A DNA stretch of 62,519 nt, counting the filler, from Trypethelium eluteriae (taxonomy: Eukaryota): the NCBI GenBank assembly GCA_051942245.1. It is 2 parts of 2 records of this genome, joined end to end, with 100 filler letters (N's around TTAATTAATTAA, not from the genome) between each part and the next. Parts side by side here need not be neighbours in the genome. Positions count along the whole stretch, not along the records: positions 31,366 to 62,519 come from JAVECL010000277.1; 1 more part is not named here. One strand, written 5' to 3'. The notes below the pieces were generated by a model, which was not told the DNA's origin, did no database searches, and saw nothing but the letters and a program-made list of their open reading frames with translations. Below are positions 58,251 through 62,519 of the stretch, piece after piece (positions within the stretch are counted from its first letter, which is position 1; each line of letters starts with the position of its first letter). The position numbers and the translations under genes were made by a program.

Positions 58251-59136
58251 AGTCGTTATGTACTTCGTATGCGGTGATGGATTGTAAGAGCTATGTTGAC
58301 ACAAAGGAATACGACTCAGTATGGCTGAGCTGGGGTCAAAAAATACTAATGGCAACCTATTCACGGAAATACGTCAGTCTTGGCCGCCTTCACCATGCCT
58401 TGGCAGGCCCCGACAGGTTTTCGTCGCAGAGGGGCGACAAGCTACCGAATGGGTAGCGCTAAGACGCGTTGAGAGAGAGGACTAGGGTAAATTTAGAAAA
58501 TATCCCCAGACCGGTTAGCATGGCGTCCCACCTGTCTGTGCGGGCCAAGTCAGACGCGTAATGCCGCGAATCTTCACGTCCCACTCAAAGACCTCTCTCC
58601 CTAGCACGGAGTACTTCGTATTGTTCACGTACAAGCTAATTGGGCCGAGCCACGACCCAAGGACAAAGAAACACTCGCGCCACCACGCAATCTTCATCCA
58701 GTGCTTCGGTCATGCCTTCGCTCATTGTCGCCTTCGCCAGGGTGGTGTGGAGGCTCAGCAGACACTGCTTTCCAGTACCTCCCATGCAAAGCGCTTAGCA
58801 TCATCGCTCGTACACGAGAAGTTACATATTTGTGGATGCAATGTTTCGGTTCATCGCTCCCGTGAACCTCACCTATGTGGATCAGAAGGCGCAGCAAGGT
58901 GATCTGACGCTCATTGTATTCGGTCTCCGTCTCATCCGTGACCCCTAGGTAAAAGACGTAATTGCCCTGCGATTCATATCAAACCTTCTTTGTTGCTCCT
59001 TACTCCCCCTCTCTTATCTCTCTCCTTGCTTTTGGTTCGTCTTCAGATCAGATCAGATCTACTCTCATTCAAAATTACGACGATTCGTTACATCACTCCA
59101 GTACTCCTAGATTGCATTCACAATAATATCGCAACC

Positions 59137-60252
59137 ATGTTCACGTTCGCTTTAGCATCCCTCATTCTCTCAGGACTTTATCCAGCAGCGGCATTTCCCC
59201 AAACTTCGTTTGCCAGTCAGAATAAGACATGCAATAATTCACCGTCGCTCTGTTCTCGGGCTTATAACAACGTCACACATTTAGGCGCTCACGATAGTCC
59301 ATTTGTTCGAGATCAAAGCACCGGCTTTTCGACCTCTGGAAATCAGTATTATAATTCCACAGTACAGCTGAGCGCTGGCGTAAGGCTGCTATCCGCCCAA
59401 ATACATCCCTTCACTTCGACTTCAGGCCAACAAGAATGGCACCTTTGCCACACAAGCTGCGATCTGCTAGACGTGGGGACTCTCAGTGATTGGTTATCAG
59501 AAATTAAAACATGGATGGATCAAAACCCGAATGAGGTGGTCACGGTCTTGATTGTGAATGATGGAGCTTCAAACAGCGACCTGGATTCGAATTTCAGAGC
59601 AGCCAATATCACCTCATATGCATATTCACCGCCTACGTCTGCGACGGTGCCTGCAGAGTGGCCTACACTTAACACTCTCATCACGTCAGGCAAGCGCCTG
59701 ATGACCTTCATCGCATACCAGGAACCTTCCAGCAATACTACAACACCCTATCTCATGAACGAGTTCACGTACATCTTTGAAAATCCATTTGATGTCACGC
59801 AAGCCAACAATTTCACATGCACGGCTAATCGTCCATCTTCCGTCAATGGGCAGACATCTAAAGCTCTGCAGGGAAATATGATGCCTCTAATGAACCACTT
59901 TTTGGATACTCAGCAGATTTTCAATATCGAAACGCCCAATGCTGATGCGGCCCCAATTACAAATGGCATGAACGGGACCGGAAACCTGAGAGATGCTGTA
60001 GCAACATGTGCCACTGACTACAACAACAAGGCACCAACATTCATCTTAGTCGATTTCTTCAATGTCGGCCCCGCTATTTCGACGGTCGATAAGCTAAATG
60101 GGGTTGCCAGTCCTGTAGGGAGAGCAGCTGTTAGCACTTCCTCAGCTCTACCTTCCAACTCTGGGCCAAGGGGACTCGTGATCAATACTGCGGGCCTTGG
60201 ACTATCAGTGCTTGTAGCCGTATTCATGGCTTTTGGTACTTTCTTGCTATAG
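59137..60252 (+). CDS. Secreted, probably GPI-anchored PLC-like phosphodiesterase (PI-PLC X-domain-like)
   Basis: Signal peptide; CNNSPSLCSRAYNNVTHLGAHDS, QLSAGVRLL, HLCHTSC, NPNEVVT, WPTL, MNHFL, PTFILVDFF; hydrophobic C-terminal tail. Confidence 0.9.
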   Translation: MFTFALASLILSGLYPAAAFPQTSFASQNKTCNNSPSLCSRAYNNVTHLGAHDSPFVRDQSTGFSTSGNQYYNSTVQLSAGVRLLSAQIHPFTSTSGQQEWHLCHTSCDLLDVGTLSDWLSEIKTWMDQNPNEVVTVLIVNDGASNSDLDSNFRAANITSYAYSPPTSATVPAEWPTLNTLITSGKRLMTFIAYQEPSSNTTTPYLMNEFTYIFENPFDVTQANNFTCTANRPSSVNGQTSKALQGNMMPLMNHFLDTQQIFNIETPNADAAPITNGMNGTGNLRDAVATCATDYNNKAPTFILVDFFNVGPAISTVDKLNGVASPVGRAAVSTSSALPSNSGPRGLVINTAGLGLSVLVAVFMAFGTFLL

Positions 60253-60679
60253 GTAATATGCCATGACGTGGAGCGACTTGCGAAATCACGAAACTGAAGG
60301 AGTTGACGGCCGATGATTGAAAGTCTTCGAAGTTCTGTTGCAAGACATTGGATAGAATCGATCACTCCATGATCATGGATTTTCGCTGTCCACCAACGCC
60401 ATTTTCCGGGACCAGTGATCGATCCATCAGCCGATGGCCTCGTATATCTCCATCATCCATCACGCATGTTACTTAATAGCTTCCAAAAATTGTATCCTCC
60501 TCTACCCAGCATCCAAATGGCGTACCCTACCCTTCCCATTCTCCAGATCTTGCATCCTCCTCTTCCCGGCATGGAAAACATCTCAATGAAAGCATACGAA
60601 GGAACGCCTGTCGCCAACACTTTGTACATGTTCCCCTTATGGATCTTCAATTCGCATCATCAACTTTTGGAATGGCTAT

Positions 60680-61025
60680 TCAAAGGCCACGACCATACAG
60701 TGGATCTGTAACGCTCTTTTCAAGCTTTCGCCGCGGATTATGCTTGTGGACATCGCCTACAGTACCGGCGTTAGCTGATTCGTTTCCTGTCCTCTCCATC
60801 ATGGTGGACGACTTACCTGTCAAGATAGACTTGAAGGTCGACATTTTCGACGACTTTCCCGGGGTTTCTGTGCGCGAGGACTGGTTGGTGTCTAATAGAA
60901 TTAGAAATAGGTTTCGACAAAGGCGTTTGGATTGAGGCAAGGCACATACTTGTCGACATAGAAGACCGGAGGGAAGCGGACGAGATTGAATACTTGTCCT
61001 TTTCATTCATCGAGCTGGAGTCCAT
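60680..61025 (-). CDS. Small (75 aa) Ser/Lys-rich hypothetical protein; 3 exons
   Basis: Exons 60950-61025, 60817-60891 and 60680-60756. Strong GTATGT and GTAAGT donors, CTAAT and CTAAC branch sites and TAG acceptors; the exons join in frame. Confidence 0.6.
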
Positions 61026-62146
61026 GATTGAGTGCAGTATGAAGGAAGTCTGACAGAGCGTGTTGGTGATAATTGTGACGAGATTGATTGTGTTGACTAG
61101 ATAATGGAAGACAATCTAGCTGTCAATGGATTTTGATGTATATTCCTGAGCGTGAATATCTTTGCCTCAGGAGCCATCACAGGAGTTATATAGATCTGCA
61201 TGAGCACTTAATCTTGTTTCCTTTAGGATCCTATCTAAGGCAGAACTCCATGTGTGATGGCTATCGTAAGACACCTACCTAGGGATAGCGCTAGCCATGA
61301 CTCTTCCGTCTGCGGCACACAGTCCCTTGTACGCAAGCACAGGGTGACAGCATAAATCGCTGTTGATGATCAACAAGCCTAACGATCTCTACCGCTCTGA
61401 TGGAAGACGGTTTTTACCATTGACTCACCGGTTTGCGCCACGCTTACTTGATCAAGCCACAAATCGGACAATAGAAGCTTCCAAATCTAACTGAACTCAT
61501 CATCAACCATTGCTGAACTTTTAGTCAACATCATCTTGAGCTCCTAATTACGTGTCGAACGTTCTGAACGTACGCTTGATTGCGTACAATCAAGACGAAT
61601 TTGACAGCAATGGACCGGTGCAATTCTTGACTTTCCGTGAGGACTTGGGGCTACAGGGATAATTGCTTTCATCATCTCCCTTCTGCCTGGATAGGCTTTG
61701 CTTTTGGCCTAAGCCTAATGAAGACAAACTCTGGCAACTAAACATCTACAGGTCCAATGCAGAGGCCAGCCTTCGTAAGCAACGCAGCCGTCGGCTCAAC
61801 AATGACGCTGATAGGGTGCTATCGGTGTTGAATTGATGACTCTCAATCCTATCCTAAAGATGCTCTGCGTAGCCCCATTCGTATTCTATTCCAAGGTTGC
61901 ATGTTGTGAGTCAACCTACGGTGCTAAAATCCGAAGCCGAGCCTCCGAATGATTCGGTGAACTTCTTCGTGTCTTCTTCATGTTGCCTAAGGAACATCAG
62001 GGACATCAATTAGGTACGCTAGCTGACGAAAGCACAGTTCGTCATAAGTTCCTCCCACTTGGGGAGATCGGGTGCTATCCCTCGTAAGAGCTATCACAAT
62101 GCAAGATTCTAAAAATCGGCTTGCCCGTAGGAATTACCATGCAGTG

Positions 62147-62519
62147 TCATACCAGCTGGTCAACCACCTCCTCTCCCCGAACCCATCTCCCAACATTTTC
62201 TGCCGTCTCTGCATACCACGCATGCATCACACCCTCCTCCACGTAACCCATATGCGGCGTGAGCAAGACTTGGCTGCGGCCGTCTTCGCCCCATTTCAGA
62301 CTCCTCCAAGGGCTATCCTGGGGTAACGGCTCAATGTCGAAGACATCAATCGCCGCCCCACGAATCGCCCCCTTCTCCAGAACGCGCAACAGCGCATCCT
62401 CATCCACCAGCGGCCCCCGCGACGTATTAACGAACATAGCCGTCTCCTTCATAGCCGCGAGCTCCTTCTCCCCGACCACATGTCTCGACCGCTCACTCAG
62501 CACATAATGCAGCGTCACC
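62147..62519 (-). CDS. D-isomer-specific 2-hydroxyacid dehydrogenase, C-terminal part; 5' end lies outside the window
   Basis: LHYVLSERS, MKETAMFVNTSRGPLVDE, GAAIDVFDIEPLP, LLTPHMGY. Confidence 0.93.
   Translation of the reverse strand, partial: VTLHYVLSERSRHVVGEKELAAMKETAMFVNTSRGPLVDEDALLRVLEKGAIRGAAIDVFDIEPLPQDSPWRSLKWGEDGRSQVLLTPHMGYVEEGVMHAWYAETAENVGRWVRGEEVVDQLV

Noticed and set aside
23777..60816. Enrichment of stop-free 3n introns (23777-23833, 32116-32169, 56500-56547, 60757-60816)
   Set aside because: Most other 3n introns I checked contain stops, and about 40% of 18-codon stretches are stop-free by chance. No enrichment can be claimed.

Overview
This is eukaryotic DNA from a filamentous ascomycete (Pezizomycotina-type genes with short GT-AG introns and CTRAY-like branch sites), with one 100-bp artificial scaffold gap at 31266-31365. 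I modelled about 22 protein-coding genes by hand. Housekeeping genes: arginine-specific carbamoyl-phosphate synthase large chain (partial), amino-acid permease, SF3B1/Hsh155, CCDC47-like, PPR-like, MDM34, ECM15-like, IPK1, PLC-like phosphodiesterase, D-2-hydroxyacid dehydrogenase (partial) and a probable VPS8 3' end. Accessory genes: a head-to-head AAA+ ATPase / degenerate NACHT-like pair, a DUF6594-like membrane protein, two P450s, a GH16 glucanase, a Pth11-like receptor, two BTB paralogs, and a large HeLo-pseudokinase-IQ-serine-protease protein. A 185-bp MITE-like inverted repeat is also present. I saw no rRNA, tRNA or CRISPR array. The best candidates for undescribed biology are the HeLo-pseudokinase-protease protein, the divergent ATPase/NACHT-like pair, and an SF3B1 that is unusually diverged at normally invariant positions. 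Family assignments rest on motifs recalled from memory, not database searches.
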